Origin: Thermodesulfobacteriota bacterium
Lineage (GTDB): Bacteria; Desulfobacterota; BSN033; UBA1163
Direction: 5' to 3'
Assembly (NCBI GenBank): GCA_049513055.1
Contig: JBEKWN010000008.1
Coordinates: forward strand, 21,669-85,668
DNA length: 64,000 nt
This document shows positions 18,178 through 26,746 of this stretch, piece by piece. Made by a program: the position numbers and the translations under genes. Every line of letters begins with the position of its first letter. The stretch's first letter is position 1. The notes below the pieces were generated by a model. It did no database searches. It saw nothing but the letters and a program-made list of their open reading frames with translations, and was not told the DNA's origin.

Positions 18178-18969
18178 TTAGTCTCCCCAGCTCCATACAC
18201 CTGTGTTGTGAAGACTATAATACTGGTCGTTGAGCAGCTTCTCATGAAGAGCCTCTTCATCGGCTAATCGTTTATACATATCCTTTCCACAGGGGTCCTT
18301 GGTCAACTCAGCCATAGATCGATAGTAAGCCCGCGCCTTCTTCTCTTCTCGGACAGCTATTTTCAAAGCATCCATGTCCGTCAACTGCTCTTGACCTTTG
18401 GGCTTCTGTGTCTTCAAGGAAATGGCCTTCTTCTTAAGAGTGGTCCCTTCATAGAGAACCCACTCTCCTTTTTCCTGAAGCGATTTGAGGAGTTCTTTTA
18501 ATTTCTGGTAATGGTTCATCTCGAATTCAGAGAGTTGTTGAAACATATCCCTCCCTTTTGGGTTTTTCGTATTCTTCGCAGCCTTCGAATAGGACTGATA
18601 AGCATTCTTTTCAGCTTCCATGGCTATCTTGATCGCTTCTATATCCTCCCTCTTTGTCCATGGAACCTCCTTCCCACATGTTTTACAGAGAAGTTTCTTC
18701 TCCCTTTGGATCACATCTGCTACACTCTCAACGCCCTCGAGCGTCATGTCTGCCTCAGCACTGCAATGATGACAGGCAAAGGCTTTTTTTGAACTCGTTT
18801 TCATCTCTATCTCCTGCCCGCAGGTCTTACATATCACTTTTTTCTCTCTTTTGATGACATCCTCCACTTTTTCAAATCCTTCGAGAGTGATATCTGCTTC
18901 AGCACCGCAGTGTTGACAGGTGAAAGTCTCTTTTTTACTCATTTCTATCCTCTTCTCCTTTCCTCTCAT
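18178..18969 (-). CDS. Rubrerythrin-like diiron protein with two tandem N-terminal Cys4 rubredoxin-like zinc ribbons
   Basis: Duplicated 40 aa unit C(Q/H)HC(G/S)AEAD(I/M)TLEG...CKTCG. C-terminal half has two ExxH half-sites (EFEMNH; DEEALH). Confidence 0.6.
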   Translation of the reverse strand: MRGKEKRIEMSKKETFTCQHCGAEADITLEGFEKVEDVIKREKKVICKTCGQEIEMKTSSKKAFACHHCSAEADMTLEGVESVADVIQREKKLLCKTCGKEVPWTKREDIEAIKIAMEAEKNAYQSYSKAAKNTKNPKGRDMFQQLSEFEMNHYQKLKELLKSLQEKGEWVLYEGTTLKKKAISLKTQKPKGQEQLTDMDALKIAVREEKKARAYYRSMAELTKDPCGKDMYKRLADEEALHEKLLNDQYYSLHNTGVWSWGD

Positions 18970-19027
18970 CGGTCATTTGGTGAACGCCTCGATCGGTCGT
19001 TAGGACGGATGGATCGTTTTTGAAAAA

Positions 19028-19213
19028 TTACTCATTAAGGGGCTTATCCTTTTTGCCCACGAGCCTCGGGTCAATATTGCCTGATCCTCCGCAATCAGGA
19101 ATATAGCAAGTCACATCACTGAAGGTGCAGGCCTGCTTACAGGAAGGACATCGCTCAGGCACTGGATCGGCTCCAAATGTGTAACCACAATTTGAACATT
19201 TCCATTGAGTCAT
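19028..19213 (-). CDS. Rubredoxin-like Cys4 zinc-ribbon protein of 61 aa ([13 protein letters not shown]...CPSCKQ...)
   Basis: Strong RBS AGGAGGTGAG. The track ORF 19028..19333 is over-extended. Confidence 0.55.
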   Translation of the reverse strand: MTQWKCSNCGYTFGADPVPERCPSCKQACTFSDVTCYIPDCGGSGNIDPRLVGKKDKPLNE

Positions 19214-19233
19214 TGATCTCACCTCCTCTATTC

Positions 19234-19653
19234 CTAAAGAAAAAATGTAAGGAAAATCACACCCAGGACGATTTGAATCAAAACAAAGATAAAAGTACTG
19301 TAATTGATGACCATATGAATCAGGGCAAGGCAATTCGTTCCCTTTCCTTTAGAAAGCTTTCTTCCCAGGGCGACCCCGATGGAGAAGAGAAGGAGAATGA
19401 GAATCGCCAAATAGGCGTGGAGGCCCGAAGTAAAAATTTCCCCCTTCAGATAGAATAGAGCCCCGCCCCCCAATAAAAAGCCAATCCAGAGAAGGATATA
19501 AAATCTTTTGCCACATCGAATATGCTTCTGCCACGGGAAGTCCGAAGCGGATCCACGGCCCCTTCTGAATTGGAATCGTTTCCAACCCAAGTAACCGGTA
19601 TAGGCTCCTGAGAGGATCGCCAATAGGATGATGATGGGGTGAATGAACGCCAT
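19234..19653 (-). CDS. Small integral membrane protein, possibly DUF4079-like. Translationally coupled to the upstream cytochrome (TGAGATG).
   Basis: Likely start [11 protein letters not shown] at 19653. 4 TM helices. Confidence 0.45.
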   Translation of the reverse strand: MAFIHPIIILLAILSGAYTGYLGWKRFQFRRGRGSASDFPWQKHIRCGKRFYILLWIGFLLGGGALFYLKGEIFTSGLHAYLAILILLLFSIGVALGRKLSKGKGTNCLALIHMVINYSTFIFVLIQIVLGVIFLTFFL

Positions 19654-19654
19654 C

Positions 19655-20596
19655 TCATTTCCCTCCCTCAATTTCTCCATTCCAACTGGCGACCGATTGG
19701 TCGGGCCTTCCCTCCATCTTGTAGAGAAGACTTGAATTCACCTTATATCGTTTTCCCGTTTCCAGAGAGATGGGGTATTCGGAGGTAACAGCTTTTTGGG
19801 GAGGCACCCCATTTTTCTTAAGGGTCGAGAAGATCTCTTCCTTGGAGAAGATTGTTTTTCCATCCGACTCCTTCACCTGAGTATTGAGGACAAACCGATC
19901 ATCCCCATATTTTCCAGTGGGCATGTTATGATCTGCCCCTCGGTTCGTGAGGGATATTTTAACCGACCCCTTTCCTGCCTCACCCGTGATCAGGGCTGCC
20001 TCTTTGAGGAGTTTCTCGTAACTTTGCATATGTTGGCCGACCATCCTATTCGACACAAACATAGAAATGGGAAAACCTTGTACTACTTTCCGCTCCACCC
20101 TTGGCATATGGCATTCCTGACAGGTCTTTTTTGAACCGCTTGCCTGCCATTCCTGAAAGGTCGGCATGTGGCATCCTGCGCAGAATTCGGATTTGAGCAT
20201 CGATTCATCCTGCTCGGATTTGTGCTTGGCCGTGAGCTTATAAGGGCCATAGATCATATTATTTTTGAGGTGGCAGGCAGTACAGTTGATCCCTTCCTCC
20301 TTATGGACTGGCCTGGTCTTTAGATTCTTTTCATCGGCAATCCCCTGAGCAGTATGGCAAATGATACACTCTTCGGCTCCATAGCTCTTCGATCCCTTTT
20401 TAAATGGGTCATTGATAAAAGCCTTGGCATGGAAGTCCTTCGACCACTCCTCATAGATCAGTTTATGACATTTGTTACACTCTGAGGACTTCACCGTCTT
20501 TTCACCCATCTCAAGAAGGTAATCGTATTTAGCCGCCACCAAGAATAACGAAACCAAAATCAATCCTAAAAAAACCAATTTTTTACTTCTTATCAT
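19655..20596 (-). CDS. Pentaheme c-type cytochrome with a signal peptide
   Basis: Five CxxCH motifs (CNKCH, CIICH, CTACH, CAGCH, CQECH). Confidence 0.8.
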   Translation of the reverse strand: MIRSKKLVFLGLILVSLFLVAAKYDYLLEMGEKTVKSSECNKCHKLIYEEWSKDFHAKAFINDPFKKGSKSYGAEECIICHTAQGIADEKNLKTRPVHKEEGINCTACHLKNNMIYGPYKLTAKHKSEQDESMLKSEFCAGCHMPTFQEWQASGSKKTCQECHMPRVERKVVQGFPISMFVSNRMVGQHMQSYEKLLKEAALITGEAGKGSVKISLTNRGADHNMPTGKYGDDRFVLNTQVKESDGKTIFSKEEIFSTLKKNGVPPQKAVTSEYPISLETGKRYKVNSSLLYKMEGRPDQSVASWNGEIEGGK

Positions 20597-20622
20597 TTTT
20601 CCCTCCTTTAAAAGTGTTGATA

Positions 20623-21105
20623 TTAATCTTCGTAAAGATTGAGATCATAACCCAATCGAATCGCCTTCAAATTCTCTTTGAGATAGGATTTGGGCAAAAG
20701 TTTTTCCAGCTCGACATGAGAGATGTCGAGATCGATCAATCGAAAGAGCCTCCCCAGGGCGATCATGTTACCGAAGATCGCCTGACCGAACTTTTCAATC
20801 CCCATCATGCCAAAAGGAACCTCCTCATCGGTGCAGAGCCCAGTGTCACAGATGGTTTTCTGGGCAATGAGTTGATCTCCTTTTTCGTGGAGACGGATGA
20901 GAATGTCTGCCTCATCGGTCATCGGATTTTCGATAGGCTTTTGATCATAAGTGAGGTAGGCGCTAATCCGTGTATGGCGAATGGAGGCGTCGTAGTCAAA
21001 GAGCAGAGCCACCTCATAACCCAACTCCTTCAATGCCATGGCAAGGACATGGGAGATGACCCTAACCGATTGCCCTCCCACTCCTGTGAAGACAATTCGT
21101 TTCAT
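20623..21105 (-). CDS. 2-oxoacid:ferredoxin oxidoreductase gamma subunit (Por/Vor/Kor C family)
   Basis: 160 aa. Family-typical N-terminus MKRIVFTGVGGQSV. Confidence 0.8.
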   Translation of the reverse strand: MKRIVFTGVGGQSVRVISHVLAMALKELGYEVALLFDYDASIRHTRISAYLTYDQKPIENPMTDEADILIRLHEKGDQLIAQKTICDTGLCTDEEVPFGMMGIEKFGQAIFGNMIALGRLFRLIDLDISHVELEKLLPKSYLKENLKAIRLGYDLNLYED

Positions 21106-21285
21106 AAAGATTTCTCTCCACCAATAGGAGACAGGTGTGCTGAAAAAAATTTTATAGCGACACCTCTTTAAGTCTCATATCCCAAGGTTGAAAATCCCTC
21201 TAACCCCTTCATTGGATTCCGACTGATCACCCAGTATTCTCTTTGATATTCGCTTTATAAAATTTTTTGAAGTATACCTGTCTGC

Positions 21286-22320
21286 CTATTCTATCCTCCC
21301 CACCCAAGAAAATTTAAAGACGAGATCTTCTCCATGCGGTGCCATGTCAATATCTTTAGTCAGATCCTTACCTGCAATATGACACCGCATCCTTTTCTCT
21401 CCCTGGAAGAGAGGGCTTGCCGAAATATCGTAGACTTTTCCCTTATAGGCAATGTAAATAGGTTTTCCTCCTGTGCCATCGAAATGTTGGAGTTCCTCGA
21501 GGGTGAAGGGTTTTAAACTCTCCATCGGGATCTCAGGTTTTACCTCCACCTTCTCCACTGGCTGGATCACTTCTTCTGCCGTTGCTTTGACGATCCCCAA
21601 TTCATCCTCTTGGAGATGGTCTCTTTCGCCCTCGACGATATGGAATCGTTCATCAAACCATTTGAACATCTGATGAGCTGTTTTGAAACCTAACCTTCTT
21701 CCGTTCAGCTCAATGCAGTCACTGATGATATCTACAAAACTGAAACCTTTCCAGAGAAGGGCTTCACGAATACAGGTTTTAAAGTGGTTGAGGTGATAGA
21801 CGGTTGTCCGGGCATAAAAATAGGGAGCTTGTTGGGTGAGGATGCAACCCAATCGAAGGGGCAGATACGTTTCTCCATGAGGTGAGGTGATGGTTTTCGT
21901 TCCCTTGGGTGTGGTCGGTCCGGCTTGGCCACCTGTCAATCCATAGATCTCGTTATCGTTACAGAAGACCGTGATGTTAGGATTTCTCCGGGAGGTGTGA
22001 AGGAGGTGGTTTCCTCCAATGCTTGCCAGATCGCCATCTCCGGAGAGGACAATGACATTGAGGTCTGGACGGACGGTCTTGATGGCCTCAGCCGAAGTCA
22101 GCGCTCGACCATGGGGAGTGTGAATCGCATCTAAGTTCATATATCCGGACATTCTTCCTGAACAACCAATTCCAGAGACAGCAACGGTATTTTGATAGTT
22201 CCAACCGAGTTCTTTGATGGCCATGGCCACATTCTTTAATACAGCACCAATGCCACAACCAGGGCACCAGGTGTGAGGGAACCGCCTCATCTTTAAGAGT
22301 TCTTTATAAGAACGATCCAT
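21286..22320 (-). CDS. 2-oxoacid:ferredoxin oxidoreductase beta (TPP-binding) subunit with a C-terminal cytochrome b5-like domain fusion
   Basis: True start MDRSYKE at 22320 overlaps the alpha stop (TGATG). CPGCG and GDGD TPP motifs. Last about 70 aa FDGTGGKPIYIAYKGKVYDISASPLF...HIAGKDLT are paralogous to the domain at 12859..13070. Confidence 0.85.
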   Translation of the reverse strand: MDRSYKELLKMRRFPHTWCPGCGIGAVLKNVAMAIKELGWNYQNTVAVSGIGCSGRMSGYMNLDAIHTPHGRALTSAEAIKTVRPDLNVIVLSGDGDLASIGGNHLLHTSRRNPNITVFCNDNEIYGLTGGQAGPTTPKGTKTITSPHGETYLPLRLGCILTQQAPYFYARTTVYHLNHFKTCIREALLWKGFSFVDIISDCIELNGRRLGFKTAHQMFKWFDERFHIVEGERDHLQEDELGIVKATAEEVIQPVEKVEVKPEIPMESLKPFTLEELQHFDGTGGKPIYIAYKGKVYDISASPLFQGEKRMRCHIAGKDLTKDIDMAPHGEDLVFKFSWVGRIE

Positions 22321-23366
22321 CACCTTCCCGCTCCCTTCAAACACTCCTCGATCTGACTCTGAATCCATTTGAGCTTGAACCCTCCCCCTAAACAGGGGAC
22401 TTTCATCACCTTTCGGCAAATGGCGCATTCCACCCAACTCGCATACTGCCCATCACTCCCTTCGACCACAATGATGTGTCGATAGGATTGAGTCATCTCC
22501 CTTAATTCCTTCTCCAGGACAGGATAGATGCGGATGGGTCGAAATATGGAGAAACGATCTTTTAAAGATGAGATGATCCTCGAGGTGATTCCAAAGGCGA
22601 TGAGCAGAGTTTCAGAATTCTTACAGGGAAGATATTCGAAAAGAGGATACTTCTCGGCAACACGATCATGACGGTCTTTCAATTCCCAGAACCATCCCCG
22701 ATAGATCTCTGGATCATTGGTTTTCACATTTCCCAACTTATCATGGGCAGTCCCAGTAAAGAGCCGCTGGCCTCTGCCCAAAGGTTCTTTGGAGCGGGGA
22801 ATGACTTCTATGGCTATCCTTTCAAGATCTACCATCTCATAGAGGTGGGAAAGGAAGGCATCGGCAAGGAGGATGACCGGTGAGAGGGAATCTTCTGCTG
22901 CATTGAAGGCTTTGGCAGTTAGGCAAAAACATTCCTCCACCGAATTTGGATAGAAGGCGATAGGATAACAATCGCCTGCACTTCCTGCCTTAATCTGAAG
23001 AAGATCCGATTGAGCGGGCTGAGTGGGCATCCCCGTGGATGGCCCCACCCTCATGGAATTGACGAAGACGCAGGGAGCCTCCACCACATGACCCCATCCC
23101 AAGGCCTCCTGCATCAGAGAAAATCCTGGTCCAGAAGTGGCGGTAAAAGCTTTGGCACCTGCCAAGGAAGCAGAGATGGTGGCGATAGCTGCTGCAATTT
23201 CGTCCTCAGCCTGGAGAAATCGAAATTCTTTGTTTTCCTCTGAATAGAGGGCGGCCTGTTGTAAAATCTCAGAGGTCGGACTGATCGGATAACCAGCAAA
23301 GTAACTGGCGCCGGCCCGAATGGCTCCTTGTAAGATGGCTTCATTTCCGGAAACGAGGCGCTTCAT
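22320..23366 (-). CDS. 2-oxoacid:ferredoxin oxidoreductase alpha subunit
   Basis: GYPISPTSEI and FTATSGPGF motifs typical of Por/Kor A. Confidence 0.85.
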   Translation of the reverse strand: MKRLVSGNEAILQGAIRAGASYFAGYPISPTSEILQQAALYSEENKEFRFLQAEDEIAAAIATISASLAGAKAFTATSGPGFSLMQEALGWGHVVEAPCVFVNSMRVGPSTGMPTQPAQSDLLQIKAGSAGDCYPIAFYPNSVEECFCLTAKAFNAAEDSLSPVILLADAFLSHLYEMVDLERIAIEVIPRSKEPLGRGQRLFTGTAHDKLGNVKTNDPEIYRGWFWELKDRHDRVAEKYPLFEYLPCKNSETLLIAFGITSRIISSLKDRFSIFRPIRIYPVLEKELREMTQSYRHIIVVEGSDGQYASWVECAICRKVMKVPCLGGGFKLKWIQSQIEECLKGAGR

Positions 23367-23632
23367 TATGTTCCCTTCTTATCTTCCATCATCTCATTGG
23401 CCATCACCTCGATGGCGATGTCAGGGCAATAGCGTTCACACTGGTAACACCGGATACATCCATCTTTCTCCATGATCTCATTCCTCTCGAGAGAGAGGAC
23501 CTGAACCGGACAGACCTCTACGCAGAGGAGGCACCGTTTGCAATAGATTTCATTCCAGATCACATTTAACCTTGGCTTCATACTCGTATAGGCTATTATA
23601 TCAATTTCCAATGACCAAATTCCAAACATCAA
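23366..23632 (-). CDS. 2-oxoacid:ferredoxin oxidoreductase delta subunit (2x[4Fe-4S] ferredoxin)
   Basis: CKRCLLCVEVCP and CIRCYQCERYCP clusters. ATGA overlap with the alpha start. Confidence 0.8.
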   Translation of the reverse strand: MMFGIWSLEIDIIAYTSMKPRLNVIWNEIYCKRCLLCVEVCPVQVLSLERNEIMEKDGCIRCYQCERYCPDIAIEVMANEMMEDKKGT

Positions 23633-23726
23633 ATAAACTCCAATTTCCCAATGTTCAAACTATTAAAACCTGTGTTTGCGTTTTGGTGATTATATGATTA
23701 TTGGTGCTTGGAATTTGGTCATTGAA
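23606..23726 (-). promoter_or_regulatory. Inverted repeat of 20 bp with an 80 bp spacer in the promoter region of the 2-oxoacid:ferredoxin oxidoreductase operon
   Basis: ttccaatgaccaaattccaaa ... tttggaatttggtcattgaa. Related caaatttcaaatgtcaaatttcaaa motifs at 25940..25975. Confidence 0.35.
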
Positions 23727-23742
23727 AGAGATCTTGGTGAGA

Positions 23743-24345
23743 TCAATTCAATTTTCTCCATTCTAAAACCAATTTCCTTCCTGCCTCATAGGCCTGTTGG
23801 AGTGCCTCTGGATGGTTTAAAATATCGCCCTTGGCCTCCACGCCTCGGAAGACCAGTTCGCCCGCATATTCTGCGTTGAGGACATCAAAAAAATACTTGA
23901 CCGTGAGGATGGCCCCTTCAAAAACTTTCTGTCCTTTTGTCGCTCCCACAGAAATAAAGAACCCTTTTCTCTTTTTTCCTTCTTTCCCTAAAGAAGAATC
24001 TTTGAGAAGATATTTCCTTGCCCAGAGGGCTTGACTTCGATCGATCAGGGCTTTGGCCCAGGCGGTGACGCCGTAGAAAAAGATCGGTGAGGCGAGGATT
24101 ACCACATCTGCCTCCAGCAGTTTGGGATAGATTTTTTCCATATCATCGAGAATGATACAATTTCCGGTGTCGTCACATCCGTGGCATTCTTTACAGGGGG
24201 TGATGGTGAAGTCACTGAGATAAAGACGCTCTACCTTTGCTCCTTCCTTCTCGGCTCCCTTGAGGGCTTCTTCCAAAAGGAGTTCTGTGTTGCCTCCCCT
24301 TCGCGGGCTGCCGAAGAGGCCAAGAATTTTTACTACCTCTGCCAA
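23743..24345 (-). CDS. Iron-sulfur flavoprotein (Isf)-like NADPH-dependent FMN reductase / flavodoxin-fold protein
   Basis: FMN_red motifs plus the compact Cys cluster CKECHGCDDTGNC (CX2CX2CX5C). Confidence 0.7.
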   Translation of the reverse strand: MAEVVKILGLFGSPRRGGNTELLLEEALKGAEKEGAKVERLYLSDFTITPCKECHGCDDTGNCIILDDMEKIYPKLLEADVVILASPIFFYGVTAWAKALIDRSQALWARKYLLKDSSLGKEGKKRKGFFISVGATKGQKVFEGAILTVKYFFDVLNAEYAGELVFRGVEAKGDILNHPEALQQAYEAGRKLVLEWRKLN

Positions 24346-25544
24346 TTTCGAGCCTCCTCTTCGGAAATGGGCCAGGGAATTGAACCGAGATCTCTTAAAC
24401 CATCCAATTGGGGCTGATCAATTCCCTTATGTTGAATCAATACCTTAAAGACTTCACCCATTCCCATCTCTGGTTCAATCAGATGCTTTAATGAAAGCCT
24501 CAATTGAAGTGCGTCCATTTCAGACATCGTTCTTCCCAGAGACTCCATCTCCTGGAGGAGACCCAACGCAATGAGGAATTGATATTGGGGGACGAGACCT
24601 GTGAAGCGGAGGCCTACTTCCTCTCCTTTCTGGATCAGACTGGAGAAGTTGACATGAGAGGTAATGTCCTGTTCTCCCAATCGCTCATAAGGATTATCTG
24701 AAGTCTGATGCTGGGTATAACAGAGAAGCGTTCCTTCTCTTCGATGGGGACCGTAGAGTTCTTTCGCAAGATAGCCATAATCAATGGTCAGGACGAATCC
24801 CTTCTTCAAACACCGAGCCACCTTTTCCATCCAATCCAAGGCCTTAAGATTCACCTCAGCACGCTGGCTCTCTTGGAGGGTGATGTCCATGGATTGGAAA
24901 TAGGAAGCGATCCTTGGATCCGAGAGTTCCCCCCATTGTTCTTTCAAATGGCCATGATCTTGGGTGATATGGATCTCTTTTAGATTCCCGTGATCGAAAA
25001 TGACTTGGTGGACAGGAAAGGCATCCACCAGTTCGTTGGAAAGAAAGCAACCTTCCATCAGATTCTTTTCTTCTTCGAAGGCCTCTGGGTCTATCCAAAA
25101 GACCTTTCCTTCTTTTTCGTGTTCTACAAGCTTTTCTCTCTGCTCCTTTAATAAAAAGGGAGATGTCTCGATAAGGTGATATCGAAGGTGTTGATAGAAG
25201 ACCGAGGAATTCTTCTTCGCCCATTGGAGGACATCCTCACAGAGAAATCCTCTGTCCCCTCCTTGCTCCACGACATCAAAGAATGCCCCTCCCAATTGTT
25301 CTGACATCTGAGAGAGTTGCTTAGCGATCAAGCCTCCGAAAAGGGGATGAACACATGGGCTGGTATAAAAATCCCCATTCCTTCCGATGCTCATCCTTTC
25401 CGACCGATAGTAGCCGTATTCAGGATGGTAGAGACACCATTCCATAAATTGAGAAAAGGGAATGAAACCTCTTTTTTCAATTTGAGAGAAAATAAATCTC
25501 CTCAGCTTTTCTCCCCGGCTTTTTTTCTCTTCTTCCATATACAA
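24333..25544 (-). CDS. MidA/NDUFAF7-family class I SAM-dependent methyltransferase
   Basis: FMEWCLYHPEYGYYR and GDFYTSPCVHPLFG motifs. Confidence 0.7.
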   Translation of the reverse strand: MYMEEEKKSRGEKLRRFIFSQIEKRGFIPFSQFMEWCLYHPEYGYYRSERMSIGRNGDFYTSPCVHPLFGGLIAKQLSQMSEQLGGAFFDVVEQGGDRGFLCEDVLQWAKKNSSVFYQHLRYHLIETSPFLLKEQREKLVEHEKEGKVFWIDPEAFEEEKNLMEGCFLSNELVDAFPVHQVIFDHGNLKEIHITQDHGHLKEQWGELSDPRIASYFQSMDITLQESQRAEVNLKALDWMEKVARCLKKGFVLTIDYGYLAKELYGPHRREGTLLCYTQHQTSDNPYERLGEQDITSHVNFSSLIQKGEEVGLRFTGLVPQYQFLIALGLLQEMESLGRTMSEMDALQLRLSLKHLIEPEMGMGEVFKVLIQHKGIDQPQLDGLRDLGSIPWPISEEEARNWQR

Positions 25545-25765
25545 AGGAGTTCCCTGTTATGGTATCCGGATTGAACCAACTCCCAGCCTTCCTTTCCTTT
25601 CTCACGAAAGAGATCCTGTAGCCATTCAATGCCTCCTTGAAAGACATCGTGGACAAAACAGAGGCCATTCTGATCGCATTCGATGGTACGCTTCTGTTTT
25701 TCGGCCTTTGGTTCTGGCAGTTCGTGGATTGTAATCTGATATTCCCATTGGATCATAAATTTCAC
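25502..25765 (-). CDS. DUF4177 domain small protein
   Basis: WEYQI...GKEGWELV hallmark. Overlaps the annotated MidA start by about 40 nt. Confidence 0.45.
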   Translation of the reverse strand: MKFMIQWEYQITIHELPEPKAEKQKRTIECDQNGLCFVHDVFQGGIEWLQDLFREKGKEGWELVQSGYHNRELLCIWKKRKKAGEKS

Positions 25766-26057
25766 CTTCTTTTTTGTTCTTCAGATATTTCTATGAAGCA
25801 TATCCTGAAGGGGGCCGTTCATAGATCCGAAATCCTAATATCGAAATCTTTACCCTGTTAAGTAATTTTGGATGATGTTACTTTTTCAAAGGCATCGTCA
25901 GAATCAAACCTAAAAGTGACTCAACATACTTAACAGGGCAGGCAAATCCCAATTTCAAATGTCAAATTTCAAAACTTTTTCTTTAGAGCATTTATATTTT
26001 GAACCTTCGATATTGTTTTGAATTTTGTATTTCGGATTTAGAATTTTTTCTTTATGT

Positions 26058-26270
26058 CTATGTTTCATAAGTCAAGACCCGGATCAATCCAATGGTAGCT
26101 CCAGTGTTGTCCGTGGTGGTCGTATCGCTGACCGAGACAACCTTTTTCACTTTGTTTTCAGCGAGGAAACGATTTACCTTGTCATCCAAGATCTCTAACT
26201 CTTTTATCGTTTGAAAGATTTTCAACTCTGTCGTAAAGGTTTTGACTTTCCAATTCTTTTTCTCTGCCAT
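26058..26270 (-). CDS. Hypothetical 70 aa protein (KVKTFTTELKIF...), possibly Cse60-like
   Basis: ORF with a GGAAGGAGAAAGG RBS. No confident family. Confidence 0.35.
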   Translation of the reverse strand: MAEKKNWKVKTFTTELKIFQTIKELEILDDKVNRFLAENKVKKVVSVSDTTTTDNTGATIGLIRVLTYET

Positions 26271-26289
26271 TTTGGAATCCTTTCTCCTT

Positions 26290-26370
26290 CGCCCCCCTGC
26301 CTACCGCAGGCAGGCAATAAATGGGGGCGCTACATTTTTAAAGAGTAGCGTTCCGGCAAATGCCGGAACG
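26290..26370 (-). terminator. Two consecutive GC-rich hairpins between the AhpD-like gene and the downstream small gene
   Basis: CGCCCCCCTGCCTACCGCAGGCAGG..ATGGGGGCG and CGTTCCGGCAAATGCCGGAACG. No strong U-tract, so the terminator assignment is tentative. Confidence 0.35.
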
Positions 26371-26381
26371 AAGCTTCTTCT

Positions 26382-26729
26382 TTAATCGCCTCTGCGATGT
26401 TTAATGGGACCCTCCTCAAAGGCCTCATGGACCCAATTCAATGCGGCGATCATTTTTGGAAATCCAATGGTGGTCAGCCCAAGAAGGGCGGCATGTCGAA
26501 TCTCATCCCGAGTGACCCCGATAGCCAGAGCTCTTCGTGTATGAGATTTGATTGCCCCCTCTGATTCCGAACCGATAGCGATCCCCAGCTTGATCAGCCT
26601 TCGCATCTTTTCGTTAAGAGGTCCAGAGGCATGACATTTCTTGGCGAGACGATCATACTCCTTTTCAATCTCTGGGAATTCTTTCTTCAGACGCTTGTAG
26701 GAAAATGGTAGAAAATCCTTCTTTGGCAT
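26382..26729 (-). CDS. Carboxymuconolactone decarboxylase (AhpD-like) family protein
   Basis: AhpD-core motif with the catalytic region IKSHTRRAL. Confidence 0.65.
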   Translation of the reverse strand: MPKKDFLPFSYKRLKKEFPEIEKEYDRLAKKCHASGPLNEKMRRLIKLGIAIGSESEGAIKSHTRRALAIGVTRDEIRHAALLGLTTIGFPKMIAALNWVHEAFEEGPIKHRRGD

Positions 26730-26746
26730 TTTCCCCTCCTCTCTCC

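Noticed and set aside
21106-21285. A 180 bp gap between the OFOR beta and gamma genes as a possible small gene or RNA
   Set aside because: No ORF with an RBS in either strand. Only a weak 5 bp stem. Likely just an intercistronic spacer with an internal promoter or RBS.
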